Shown: positions 9,842 through 19,397, counted from the stretch's first letter. The stretch is 64,000 bases of DNA from Candidatus Nomurabacteria bacterium (GCA_963832025.1 CAWHSF010000003.1:207665-271664), one strand, 5' to 3'. The notes: generated from the letters alone by a model not told the origin. Numbers and translations: made by a program.

Positions 9842-10939
9842 ATGAAACTAGAATGTTCAATTGAAAAAATTAAAAACGCGGTTGCTCAAGTGGAAAGAAT
9901 AACCGGGAAAAATTTAACCTTACCAATACTTAGTTCGGTTTTACTTATTGCATCTTTAAAATCTTTAAAGTTAAGGTCTACGAACTTAAGTCTTGGTATT
10001 GAAATAGAAATTCCCGCAAAAATAGATCGTGAAGGGACCCTGGCTATTTCTGGTTCGGTTTTAAATTCAATTTTTTCAAATGTTTCCCAAAATGAAAATG
10101 TAAATTTAGAAGAAAAGGATGGAAATTTACTTATTAAAACAAATAAGACTCAAATAAGACTCAAAAGTCAGCCCCATGAAGATTTTCCGACAATCCCGAC
10201 GGTAAACGGAACCAGTTTTGAAATAGAATCAAAAAAATTAATCGATGGGATAAAATCGGTTTATTACAGCTCTTCTGTTTCAGACATAAAACCGGAAATT
10301 TCAAGTGTTTTTATTTATACAAATAATGACAACCTGGTTTTTGTCTCTACAGACTCTTTCAGATTAGCGGAAAAGAAAATTAAAACTAAAGGAGTTCCCG
10401 AAATTTTGGGCATCCTTATTCCCTTTAAAAACATTACCGAAATATTAAAGATTTTTGGCGAACTTCAAGGTTTAATAAAAGTTTGTTTCAATAAAAACCA
10501 AATTTCTTTTTCCACGGAAAATATTTATTTAACTTCCAGGGTAATTGATGGAATTTTCCCGGACTACCGTCAAATTATTCCCAAAAATTTTACCACGGAA
10601 ATTGTTGTTCTAAAGCAAGACTTGCTAAATGCGCTTAAACTTTCGAATATATTTTCTGACAAATTCAACCAAGTTAATCTCAAGGTTCTTCCAAAAGAAA
10701 AGATTTTTGAGCTTTCTTCAGCAAACAACGATATTGGAGAAAACAAAACTTATTTAGATGCGGTGATAAAAGGAGAAAACATTGAATTAGGCTTCAATTA
10801 TAAATACTTTTGGGATTGTTTCGTTTCTATTACTACCGACAGTGTTTCTATAAGATTATCCGGAAGTGGCAAACCAATAGTTGTTTCTCCTGTTTCTGAC
10901 CCATTATTTACTTATCTCATCATGCCGATGAATAAATAA
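9842..10939 (+). CDS. dnaN: DNA polymerase III beta sliding clamp
   Basis: 365-aa ORF immediately after dnaA; clamp-like length and C-terminus (...YLIMPMN). Confidence 0.9.
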   Translation: MKLECSIEKIKNAVAQVERITGKNLTLPILSSVLLIASLKSLKLRSTNLSLGIEIEIPAKIDREGTLAISGSVLNSIFSNVSQNENVNLEEKDGNLLIKTNKTQIRLKSQPHEDFPTIPTVNGTSFEIESKKLIDGIKSVYYSSSVSDIKPEISSVFIYTNNDNLVFVSTDSFRLAEKKIKTKGVPEILGILIPFKNITEILKIFGELQGLIKVCFNKNQISFSTENIYLTSRVIDGIFPDYRQIIPKNFTTEIVVLKQDLLNALKLSNIFSDKFNQVNLKVLPKEKIFELSSANNDIGENKTYLDAVIKGENIELGFNYKYFWDCFVSITTDSVSIRLSGSGKPIVVSPVSDPLFTYLIMPMNK

Positions 10940-10953
10940 AAACTTAAAATTTA

Positions 10954-11023
10954 TCCCGTACTAAATTTTAATTAAAACAAATGAACACTATTATTAAAAA
11001 TTTAAAATTTTAGTACCGGGATG
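10954..11023 (+). repeat. intercistronic hairpin cassette, family G copy 1 (3' arm ends on ATG 11021)
   Basis: Left arm TCCCGTACTAAATTTTA (10954-10970). Right arm TAAAATTTTAGTACCGGGA (11003-11021), followed by TG. Starts 15 nt after the dnaN stop. Confidence 0.7.
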
Positions 11024-11278
11024 ATTGAAATAAAAGATTTACTTAGTCGTTTTAGTGAAATTCTTCTAGGGGAAGAAGGGAAAAAAGAAGCTGTTAGAGA
11101 CGTAATTTCGTCTGTTATTCAGGTAAAAATAAAATCTGAAGATATAAAAATAAAAAATAATATTATTTATTTAAACATCAAACCTATTTACAAAAACGAA
11201 ATTTTTATTAAACAAGAAAAAATTTTTCTCGCACTAAAAGAAGCTCTCGGTAAAAAAGCACCAGAAAGTCTTAGGTAA
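11021..11278 (+). CDS. small protein, possibly DUF721/DciA-like
   Basis: 85-aa ORF after dnaN. The position and the C-terminal pattern (NNIIYLNIKPIYKNEIFIKQEKIFLALKEALG) resemble DUF721. Weak call. Confidence 0.35.
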   Translation: MIEIKDLLSRFSEILLGEEGKKEAVRDVISSVIQVKIKSEDIKIKNNIIYLNIKPIYKNEIFIKQEKIFLALKEALGKKAPESLR

Positions 11279-11286
11279 GACAAAAA

Positions 11287-13827
11287 CTATTGTGAAACTT
11301 TAAATACAGAATCCGTTTCACTACTATTATATTGCGTATCGTAAGAAATTATTTTTAAAGTGTTGCTTGCCTGCAGGTTCTCTAAATTTTCTGGAATGAA
11401 AGAAAAAGCAAATGGTGGAGTAATGGTTTCTTGATAAACACCATTTATATAAATATCCATTTTTTGCAACGGGAATGTACCAGAACTTGATATTTGTAGA
11501 TTTATTTTTTGTCCTGGTTGATAAACAGTCGTAGTATCTGGGGAAACGACTGAGACCACAGGTTTGTTTTGGTCGGTATGAATGTTGTCCGCGGCTACTG
11601 GTTTGTCAGCAAGCGTTACTATCGGGTACTTACTTTTATTTTGTGCCCACCAATTTTGTACCGGTACATCCCAGTGTTCAAATTGTGGATCGCTTGCCGG
11701 GTTTACCGGTGGTGGCCCTAAAATATCATTTCTATCCACCCAATATAAAATTGAATGTACATTTGTTATCACTTTTTCTTCCAAAGTTTGACTTGGTGTA
11801 TCGGAAGTAGCTAAAAGTCCGGTAGTTTTATCTATGAAAAAATTATCATTGCCCTCCCAGAAGCCTCGCAAAGCAGGTTTTACAAGCATCGGATTTGTGG
11901 TTAAATCCGGTTTTTCAAATGTTTCTTTTGGGAGGGTTGCCAAAGCTTGTGTCATAAACTGATTCCAGATGGGTCCGGCAACTGCAACTCCGCCGTTTTT
12001 CATTGGAGTATCGTTATTATTTCCTGCCCAAACTCCTACAACTAAAGAAGGAGTGTAGCCAATTGTCCAAGCGTCTTTATCATTATTTGTCGTTCCTGTT
12101 TTAACTGCGACATCTTTACCGGGAATATATAAAGCCGAGTGTACTCCAAAAGTTGGTTCACGGGCTGTTTCATCGGAAAGAATATCCGAAATAGTTAAAG
12201 CGGTATTCTTGGGCAGAACTTGTTGCAGAGTTGGCTGATATTGCTCTAAAATTTTTCCGGTCAAATCTTGAACCTGCAAGATTCCAGTGTAAGGGTTCCT
12301 TAACCCATCATTTGCGAACACTCCGTAAGCTGAGGTCATATCCAAAAGAGAAACTTCTCCACCTCCGATAACCAAAGTGAGTCCATACTGCTCCGCATCA
12401 CCCAGGGTGCTAATACCCATGTTTTCCGCTGTTTGCAGAGAGTTTTGTTCTCCGGTTAGGTAATAAAGTTTTACTGCCGGAATATTGATTGATTGGGCAA
12501 GTGCGTTTCTCAAACTAATTGGGCCACGATATTTTCCATCAAAATCTTGTGGCATATAGCAATCACTTTGGCTGTGACCTGGGAGTGCTTTACCATAAGC
12601 ATCACAGGTCGTTTGGAATTCTGTGGGTAAGTCAAACAGCACGGTGTCCGGAGTAAAGCCCTCATTAAAGGCTGTAGCGTAAATAAAAGGCTTAAAGGAA
12701 GAGCCTGGTTGTCTAGTGGCCGTGGCAACGTTGAAATTACCGTCTATTGTTTTATCAAAATAATCTCTTGAACCTACCATCGCCAGCACTTGTCCGGTTT
12801 TTGGGTCTATTGCCACAAGAGCGGCGTTTGATGCATTCCAAGTTTTCTCGTTCTGCAAAGCGCCATTTTTTACAATTTGTTCCGCCTGCGCCTCCAAATT
12901 GGCATCCAAGGTCGTAATAACTTTTAATCCACCGTTTTCCACCAGATCCGTGCCATATTTTTGTTCCAAGTAATCTTGAATCCAAAAAACAAAGTGCGGA
13001 GCTATTATGCCCGAGGTTGCCTGTGGAACAAAAGTTACAACTTCATTTTTTGCTTGGTCGTATTGAGCTTGTGTAATCATTTTGAGATCCAACATTCTAG
13101 ACAAGACTAAATTTTTCCTTTCATCTAGTTTATCTTTATTTTTCCCATAAGGAGAAAGAATGCTGGGGGATTGTGGGATTGATGCTAAATATGCGGCTTG
13201 CGCCAAATCCAAATCCGATGCATCAATACTAAAATAATTTTTACTGGCTGCCTCAATACCATAAATATTTCCTCCATAAGGAATTGCATTCAAATATGCC
13301 TCCAAGATGTCGTCTTTTGACATTGAATGGTCTATCTTTATTGCTAAAACCCATTCCTTGATTTTTCTGATGTAACTTCTATCCGATGTAAGCAAAGTAT
13401 TTTTTACCAATTGTTGGGTTATGGTAGAACCACCACCTCCGACTCCAATATGAAAAACATCAGAAAATGCCGCACGCAAAGTAGAGCTAATCCTAACTCC
13501 TCCCTCTGTGTAGAAATTTGAATCCTCGATTGCAATCGTTGCATTTTTAATGTTTGGGCTCATTTGAGCTAGCGGAATGTCAGTTCTTTTTACGTCGTTG
13601 TGTATATCATAAAGCAAAATTTTACCTGTTCGGTCATAAATTTGTGTGGAATTGGCAACCTTTCTGTCCGCGAAAGAATGAAAATCCGGAATCTTCAAAG
13701 AAGACAACATTATTACCACTGCTCCGGAAAATAAAATAAAAAGGCTAATGACAAATAAGGCTAAGTTTTTCAGCAACCGCTTGTTTTTATATAAATTTTT
13801 AAGTTTTCTAAAGATTTTTTTCACCAT
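11287..13827 (-). CDS. bifunctional penicillin-binding protein 1A (glycosyltransferase + transpeptidase) with C-terminal extension
   Basis: GT51 motif EDSNFYTEGG; transpeptidase SSFKP (SxxK) and KTGTT; N-terminal TM. Confidence 0.9.
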   Translation of the reverse strand: MVKKIFRKLKNLYKNKRLLKNLALFVISLFILFSGAVVIMLSSLKIPDFHSFADRKVANSTQIYDRTGKILLYDIHNDVKRTDIPLAQMSPNIKNATIAIEDSNFYTEGGVRISSTLRAAFSDVFHIGVGGGGSTITQQLVKNTLLTSDRSYIRKIKEWVLAIKIDHSMSKDDILEAYLNAIPYGGNIYGIEAASKNYFSIDASDLDLAQAAYLASIPQSPSILSPYGKNKDKLDERKNLVLSRMLDLKMITQAQYDQAKNEVVTFVPQATSGIIAPHFVFWIQDYLEQKYGTDLVENGGLKVITTLDANLEAQAEQIVKNGALQNEKTWNASNAALVAIDPKTGQVLAMVGSRDYFDKTIDGNFNVATATRQPGSSFKPFIYATAFNEGFTPDTVLFDLPTEFQTTCDAYGKALPGHSQSDCYMPQDFDGKYRGPISLRNALAQSINIPAVKLYYLTGEQNSLQTAENMGISTLGDAEQYGLTLVIGGGEVSLLDMTSAYGVFANDGLRNPYTGILQVQDLTGKILEQYQPTLQQVLPKNTALTISDILSDETAREPTFGVHSALYIPGKDVAVKTGTTNNDKDAWTIGYTPSLVVGVWAGNNNDTPMKNGGVAVAGPIWNQFMTQALATLPKETFEKPDLTTNPMLVKPALRGFWEGNDNFFIDKTTGLLATSDTPSQTLEEKVITNVHSILYWVDRNDILGPPPVNPASDPQFEHWDVPVQNWWAQNKSKYPIVTLADKPVAADNIHTDQNKPVVSVVSPDTTTVYQPGQKINLQISSSGTFPLQKMDIYINGVYQETITPPFAFSFIPENLENLQASNTLKIISYDTQYNSSETDSVFKVSQ

Positions 13828-13846
13828 AGAATTGTAACAGCAAACA

Positions 13847-13855
13847 TGGTATTAT
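13847..13855 (+). promoter_or_regulatory. extended -10 box TGgTATTAT, 7 nt before tyrS ATG
   Basis: catggtattat-tcaaact-ATG. Confidence 0.5.
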
Positions 13856-13862
13856 TCAAACT

Positions 13863-15032
13863 ATGAAAGTGATAACGGACGCGAAAAGAATAGAGGAGGT
13901 TTTGACTAAAGGAGTTGAAAACGTCTTTGTAAAAGAAGAGCTTAAGAAGAAGCTCTCTTCCGGTAAAAAACTAAAAGTATATCTAGGCATTGATCCAACT
14001 GGACCCACTCTCCACATGGGGCACGCAATACCACTGAAAAAACTACAGCAATTTCAAGAGCTTGGACACCAAGTAATTCTTTTGATGGGAGACTTTACTG
14101 CGATGATTGGAGACCCTACCGACAAGTCTTCCACCAGAAAACAACTTTCTCACAAAGAAGTTTTAAATAATTTAAAAAGATATAAAAAACAAGCTTCGAT
14201 TTTTTTGAAGTTCACAGGAGACAATAAAGCTGAATTTAAATTCAACTCCAAGTGGTTATCAAAAATGAAGTTTGAAGATGTTTTAAACTTAGCCTCAAAA
14301 ATGACAGTTGAACAAATGTTGAAGCGCGATATGTTTGTGAAGAGAAGCGAAGAAGGTAAACCAATATTTATTCATGAATTTTTATATCCTTTAATGCAGG
14401 GTTATGACAGTGTGGCCATGAAAGTGGATGTGGAAGTCGGTGGAAACGATCAAATGTTCAACATGCTTGCCGGCCGAAATCTTTCCGCGCAAATTTTAAA
14501 GAAAGACAAAGCAGTTGTTACTATGCAACTTCTTGAAGATAACACCGGCAAAAAAATGGGCAAAACAGAAGGAAATATGGTTACCTTTGAAGACTCTGCG
14601 CAAGATATGTTTGGAAAAGTGATGAGCTGGAATGACTCTTTAATTAAAAAAGGTTTTGAACTTTGTACCAATGTCGATTCTTTACTCATAGACATGAATC
14701 AAAACCCCCGCGATTTGAAAATGAAGCTTGCTTTTGAAATCGTAAAAATTTATCACGGAGAAAAAAAATCCAAAGAAGCAGAAAATATTTTTGTTAATAC
14801 ATTTCAAAAAAAAGAAGTTCCGGAAGTCGTAGAAGAAATAGAGGGCGAAGGTTTATTAACACAAATTCTTTTACAAGCAAAAATTTTTAGTTCAAACTCT
14901 GAAATACGTCGTCTGTTTGAAGCAGGAGCCATTTCTGATATGACGGAAAATAAGAAACTTTCTGCTCCTGGCGTTGTTACAAAGGGGCACGTTTATAAAA
15001 TCGGTAAACACAGATTTATAAAAATAAAATAA
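13863..15032 (+). CDS. tyrS: tyrosyl-tRNA synthetase
   Basis: GIDPTGPTLHMGH (HIGH) and KMGKT (KMSKS) motifs; C-terminal S4-like domain. Confidence 0.9.
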   Translation: MKVITDAKRIEEVLTKGVENVFVKEELKKKLSSGKKLKVYLGIDPTGPTLHMGHAIPLKKLQQFQELGHQVILLMGDFTAMIGDPTDKSSTRKQLSHKEVLNNLKRYKKQASIFLKFTGDNKAEFKFNSKWLSKMKFEDVLNLASKMTVEQMLKRDMFVKRSEEGKPIFIHEFLYPLMQGYDSVAMKVDVEVGGNDQMFNMLAGRNLSAQILKKDKAVVTMQLLEDNTGKKMGKTEGNMVTFEDSAQDMFGKVMSWNDSLIKKGFELCTNVDSLLIDMNQNPRDLKMKLAFEIVKIYHGEKKSKEAENIFVNTFQKKEVPEVVEEIEGEGLLTQILLQAKIFSSNSEIRRLFEAGAISDMTENKKLSAPGVVTKGHVYKIGKHRFIKIK

Positions 15033-15036
15033 ATAA

Positions 15037-15060
15037 AAAAGGCCTTCGAAAAGGTCTTTT
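15037..15060. terminator. bidirectional stem-loop terminator
   Basis: AAAAGGCCTT-cgaa-AAGGTCTTTT, with an A-run on one side and a T-run on the other, between convergent tyrS and the minus-strand genes. Confidence 0.6.
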
Positions 15061-15071
15061 TTATTTATTAA

Positions 15072-15203
15072 CTAACTATCTTTGTCTGGATCTTCTTCGT
15101 CTAGACCAAAATCCATATCCGGCATATCTTCTAGTGGTTCATCTTCATCATCGTCACTCATTTTAAAACCACCTTGCAATTCATCTTCTTCGTCGTAACT
15201 CAT
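15072..15203 (-). CDS. hypothetical highly acidic 43-aa micro-protein
   Basis: Hand translation: MSYDEEDELQGGFKMSDDDEDEPLEDMPDMDFGLDEEDPDKDS. Lies downstream of ruvC on the same strand. No homology recognised. Confidence 0.25.
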   Translation of the reverse strand: MSYDEEDELQGGFKMSDDDEDEPLEDMPDMDFGLDEEDPDKDS

Positions 15204-15299
15204 ATTAAATTTTTATTTTAAAATTTTTTAGCGACCTTTTGATAATTTCCTCCTTTGTATCAAAACGGAGAACGCTTTGCAAGAGAATTTGTGGATAAC

Positions 15300-15780
15300 T
15301 TATCCTCGTAAGCAGGCGAAAGCTGTCAGGGCGATAGCAATAGCATCCAACTCATCATCACTCTTCTTGGAATTGTCTATTTCAACCAGAATTTTCACCA
15401 TTTTTATGATTTGTTCCTTGCTCGCTCTACCGTAACCGGTCGTGGCAATTTTAATTTGTGGCGGAGAAGCTTCAAAAACCTTAAGTCCCGCACAGATAGC
15501 TTCATAAATCACTACCCCGCGTGCTTCTGCCACGTGCATGACAGTTTTTTGATTGGTAGTGAGAAATAAAGTTTCAATGGAAAGAATTTCTGGTTTGTAT
15601 TTTTTAACAATCATTTTTACTTCTTCGCCAATTAAATGCAATCGTTCACTAAAATTTAATTTGGCAGAAGTTTTGAAACATTCCGAAAAAAGCACAACTT
15701 CTCTTTTTGTCCCCTTTCCTTTTTTCTAAGATTGCTATTCCCAATCTTTCAAACCCAGGATCTATTCCTAAAATTTTCAT
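15300..15780 (-). CDS. ruvC: Holliday junction resolvase RuvC, interrupted by a +1 frame change in a T6/A6 run (15720-15725)
   Basis: The N-terminal piece MKILGIDPGFERLGIAILEK (ATG 15780) carries the catalytic Asp. The remainder (ORF 15300-15695) is in the +1 frame. The ATG overlaps the yebC TGA (ATGA). Confidence 0.75.
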
Positions 15781-16388
15781 GTTAAGTTTACCCCCACACC
15801 TATTTTAAAGCAAAAATAGGTGTGGGATTCTGCATTAGTGTAAACTTCCTGCACGTCGTCATTTTCTTCCAATTCTTCCACAAGCTTATCCAACAATTCT
15901 AAATCTTGGTCGGAGAGGGAAATTGTATTTTTTGGGATCCATCCATCAGTTTTTTCCCCGCCCGCATCGCCCTGCGAAGCATGGCGGGCAGGTTTTTGGA
16001 ATCCCCAAGTGACCGAACCGATACCTCCTAAAAGGAAACCATTTTTTGTTAAAATGTGTTTTATATCTTGGGCGGTTCTGTTTTTACTATCGGTTAAAGT
16101 TTCAATAATTATTCCGACTCCGCCCGGACCATATGTTTCATAAACAATTGCATCCATGTGCGCTCCCGGTTCACTTGCTTTTTTTATCGCCCTTTCAATA
16201 TTTTCCGCCGGCATATTTACTTTTTTTGCTTTTTCAATTGCGGCGCGTAAGCCGGGAGAGTCTTTTCCGCCGGAAAGTTTTGCTTCCACAGAAATAAAAC
16301 GTACAAGCTTGGAAAAGATTTTACTTTTCTTAGCATCCGTCATTCCTTTTTGTCTCTTAATTTGTGTCCAACTATTATGACCACTCAT
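15777..16388 (-). CDS. yebC: YebC/PmpR family transcriptional regulator
   Basis: MSGHNSWTQIKRQKG... N-terminus is typical of YebC. Carries an internal GC-rich insert and a repeat-encoded C-terminal tail. Confidence 0.85.
   Translation of the reverse strand: MSGHNSWTQIKRQKGMTDAKKSKIFSKLVRFISVEAKLSGGKDSPGLRAAIEKAKKVNMPAENIERAIKKASEPGAHMDAIVYETYGPGGVGIIIETLTDSKNRTAQDIKHILTKNGFLLGGIGSVTWGFQKPARHASQGDAGGEKTDGWIPKNTISLSDQDLELLDKLVEELEENDDVQEVYTNAESHTYFCFKIGVGVNLT
15781..15830 (-). repeat. family E hairpin repeat forming the last ~16 codons of yebC
   Basis: Coding strand reads CCCACACCTATTTTtgctttAAAATAGGTGTGGGGGTAAACTTAA. The right arm plus flank match the copy at 37431-37470. Confidence 0.65.
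15956..15992. repeat. GC-rich hairpin segment in-frame inside yebC
   Basis: ccccGCCCGCatcgccctgcgaagcatgGCGGGCagg encodes ...KPARHASQGDAGG... inside an otherwise AT-rich gene. Confidence 0.5.
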
Positions 16389-16412
16389 ATTAGTTTGTCT
16401 TGTTTTTCTTTT

Positions 16413-17438
16413 TTAAGGTCGAAATCCCAAATGTTCATAAGCTTTGTCAGTTGCCACTCTTCCTCGCGCAGTACGTTCTAGCAACCCAAGCTGAATCAAA
16501 TATGGTTCAATTACTTCTTCCACCGTGGCTTCTTCTTCGGACATGGCCGCGCCGATAGTTTTTAATCCGACTGGCCCGCCATTAAATTTTTCAATTAATA
16601 TTTCCAAAAATTTTCTGTCGGAAGAATTCAGGCCGATATCATCAATGGCGAGCATGTTCAATGCTTCTTTGACTGTTTTTTGGTCTAAGTTTTTTTTATG
16701 GACTTGTGCAAAGTCACGGCAACGTTTCAAAAAATAATTTGCGGTACGTGGAGTGAAACGACTTCGTTTAGCGATTTCTTTTAATGCACCTTCGTCCAAC
16801 TCCGTTTTCAAAAGTTTGCTGGACCTTTCTATAATTTTTGCGATTTCTTCATTAGAATAAAATTCTAAGCGAAAAACTCCTCCACCAAAACGAGAACGAA
16901 GCGGGGAAGACACCAAAGCTACACGAGTCGTCGCTGCGATTAAAGTAAAAGGTGGTAAGTCTAGTTGGATGGTGCGAGCAGAAGGGCCTTTGCCGATAAT
17001 AATATCTAAGACGCCGGATTCCATAGCCGGATAGAGTATTTCTTCAACCATTTTATTTAGTCGGTGTATTTCGTCAATAAAAAGAATGTCGCCAGCAGTC
17101 AAATTCGTCAAAATAGAGGCTAAATCACCAACTTTTTCAATTGCGGGGCCGGAAGTAATTTTCATTTGCTTGCCAGTTTCTTTGGCAATCAAATGTGCCA
17201 AGGTTGTTTTTCCCAATCCCGGTGGCCCATAAAAAAGTATGTGTTCCGGAATATGCCCACGCTCTTCAGCTGCGCGCAGTAAGATTTTCACATTGTCTTT
17301 TATGTGTTTTTGGCCGATATACTCATCCCAGTGTGTTGGACGAAGAGTTTGGTCTAGAAAAGATTCATCAATATTTGAAGTTTTCTCGAGCTCCGGGGTA
17401 TTTACTTCTTTTGTTTTTTTACTTGACATTGTTTTCAT
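16413..17438 (-). CDS. ruvB: Holliday junction branch migration helicase RuvB
   Basis: GPPGLGKTTLA Walker A; DEIHRL Walker B; RuvB C-terminal winged helix. Confidence 0.95.
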   Translation of the reverse strand: MKTMSSKKTKEVNTPELEKTSNIDESFLDQTLRPTHWDEYIGQKHIKDNVKILLRAAEERGHIPEHILFYGPPGLGKTTLAHLIAKETGKQMKITSGPAIEKVGDLASILTNLTAGDILFIDEIHRLNKMVEEILYPAMESGVLDIIIGKGPSARTIQLDLPPFTLIAATTRVALVSSPLRSRFGGGVFRLEFYSNEEIAKIIERSSKLLKTELDEGALKEIAKRSRFTPRTANYFLKRCRDFAQVHKKNLDQKTVKEALNMLAIDDIGLNSSDRKFLEILIEKFNGGPVGLKTIGAAMSEEEATVEEVIEPYLIQLGLLERTARGRVATDKAYEHLGFRP

Positions 17439-17699
17439 AATATGCTATATTACTAGTGTTAGTAAGTTTATTAACACGCTATGCACACTGCTATCAACAT
17501 TATAGCACTTGCTTAGTTTTGCATATAGTACAATTGGTTTTATAGAGAAAGCATTAATCTCTAAGCAATCAGCCATCGGTTATACGAATTTGCATAGGAC
17601 GTTTTGGTTCTATTTATAGCTCACTGGAACTATCCTATAATTTTTTGTTACTTTTGGGGCTCAGCTTCGAAAGGATTGTTTGGAGATTAATGCTTTTTT

Positions 17700-19397
17700 T
17701 TACTCCTCATTTAGATCTACTACGCTTTGCACTTCTTCGTAGGAAGTAATTCCGCTTAGCATTTTTACTAGTCCGTCTTGGCGCATGGAAAGGATGCCTT
17801 GAGTACTGGCGACTTTTTTAATTTCGCGCTCACTCGGATTTTCCGGAATTATTTTTTCTATGGCAGCATCCGTTTTTATTGCTTCAAAAATACCGATTCT
17901 TCCTTTGTAACCAGTCATATTGCATTTCTCACAACCAACTGCGGTAAATAATTTTATTGGAGCTTCGGGATTTATATTATAATCGGAAATTTTTTTACCC
18001 TCTGATGTCATTCCATCAATAATTGTTTTTAAAATTTTTATTTCTTGTTCAGTTGTCTGTTTTTCTTTTTTACAAACAGGACATAATTTTCGCACCAATC
18101 TTTGCGCGATGGAAAGAGTCAAAGCAGAGACGAGAATTTTCGGATTGACTCCAAGATCAATCAGACGGGGAATGACTCCGGCGGCGTTGTTGGTGTGTAA
18201 AGTTGAGAAAACGATATGTCCGGTCAAGGCCGATTGCACAGCGGTTTCCGCTGTTTCGTTGTCACGAATTTCTCCGACCATTACTACATCCGGGTCTTGG
18301 CGGAGCGCCGAACGCAATCCTTCCGCGAAAGTATAGCCCTTTACTTCGTTGGTTTGAGTTTGAGTTATTCCGGGAAGATGGTATTCAACCGGGTCTTCAA
18401 TCGTTATTATTTTTATTTCCGGCGAATAGATTCTTCTTAGAAAAGCGTAAAGAGTGGTGGTTTTTCCAGAACCAGTCGGTCCAGTGACTAAAATTAAGCC
18501 ATTTGGTTTTAAAATTTCTTCTTCGATTACAGAAAAAAGGCGAGTTTCTATTCCCAGCTCTTCAAGTTTTACTTGAATGGATTTTGGATCCAAAATACGC
18601 ATAACAATTGATTCACCGTATGCTCCGGGAATCAAAGAACTACGAATGCTTATTTCTTCACTTCCTTCTTCAATATTGAAACGCCCATCCTGTGCAATCG
18701 TGGAAGTTAATTTCATTCCGGACAAAAGTTTAATTCGCGAATTTAGTAAATGGTAAACATCCAAGCCAAAAAAATTCACGTCTTGTAGAACACCATCCAG
18801 ACGCAGACGTAATCTCCCTCGTTCTTTTTCCGGTTCAATGTGTATATCAGAAGCTTGAATAGCAATTGCTCCGGCCAAAATTATTTCAAGTAAGCGAGAA
18901 ATTTTATGAATTTTATTTCCTTCCAACGCCTCCGTCACCATTTTTTGAATGTCTTGTATTTTTTCTATTTTTTTAACTGTTTCTCGCAAAATATCTCCGG
19001 CAATATCTATACCTCCCACTCGGGAACTTTCTGCCATTGAGATTTCTTTATATCTATCCCAGATTTTATTGATACTTCCACTTGAAGCCATATAAAAAGT
19101 AGGAATTAAATTTTTCCTCTCCATGTCTTCTTTTAAACTTCGCAAAAGGTCTTCCGATGGTGAACGTACCGCGATAAAAATATTTTTCCCAAAAAGTTTA
19201 AAGGGTCCGATATTTTTTTCTCGAGAATCTTTTTCGGAAATTGCTCGGAGGGATTCGTTGTCTATGCCGAGGCGAGATAAGTCAATATAAGGGAGACCAT
19301 ATTTTGATTCTGCCAGGGTTGCCACCAATTGTTCTTCTTCTCGTTTATGCAAATCATCCAGTTGCTTGTTTTGTTTTTCTTCATTAAATAAAGCCAT
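17700..19397 (-). CDS. pilB: type IV pilus assembly / type II secretion ATPase (PilB/GspE family)
   Basis: GPTGSGKTTTLYA Walker A; GEIRD and TGH boxes; tetracysteine CPVC...CEKC. Confidence 0.85.
   Translation of the reverse strand: MALFNEEKQNKQLDDLHKREEEQLVATLAESKYGLPYIDLSRLGIDNESLRAISEKDSREKNIGPFKLFGKNIFIAVRSPSEDLLRSLKEDMERKNLIPTFYMASSGSINKIWDRYKEISMAESSRVGGIDIAGDILRETVKKIEKIQDIQKMVTEALEGNKIHKISRLLEIILAGAIAIQASDIHIEPEKERGRLRLRLDGVLQDVNFFGLDVYHLLNSRIKLLSGMKLTSTIAQDGRFNIEEGSEEISIRSSLIPGAYGESIVMRILDPKSIQVKLEELGIETRLFSVIEEEILKPNGLILVTGPTGSGKTTTLYAFLRRIYSPEIKIITIEDPVEYHLPGITQTQTNEVKGYTFAEGLRSALRQDPDVVMVGEIRDNETAETAVQSALTGHIVFSTLHTNNAAGVIPRLIDLGVNPKILVSALTLSIAQRLVRKLCPVCKKEKQTTEQEIKILKTIIDGMTSEGKKISDYNINPEAPIKLFTAVGCEKCNMTGYKGRIGIFEAIKTDAAIEKIIPENPSEREIKKVASTQGILSMRQDGLVKMLSGITSYEEVQSVVDLNEE

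Noticed and set aside
15290-15298. Perfect DnaA-box 9-mer (TGTGGATAA, i.e. TTATCCACA on the minus strand) at the ruvC stop codon
   Set aside because: It is a single isolated box far from dnaA. One chance occurrence of a 9-mer in 128 kb of two-strand sequence is not surprising.
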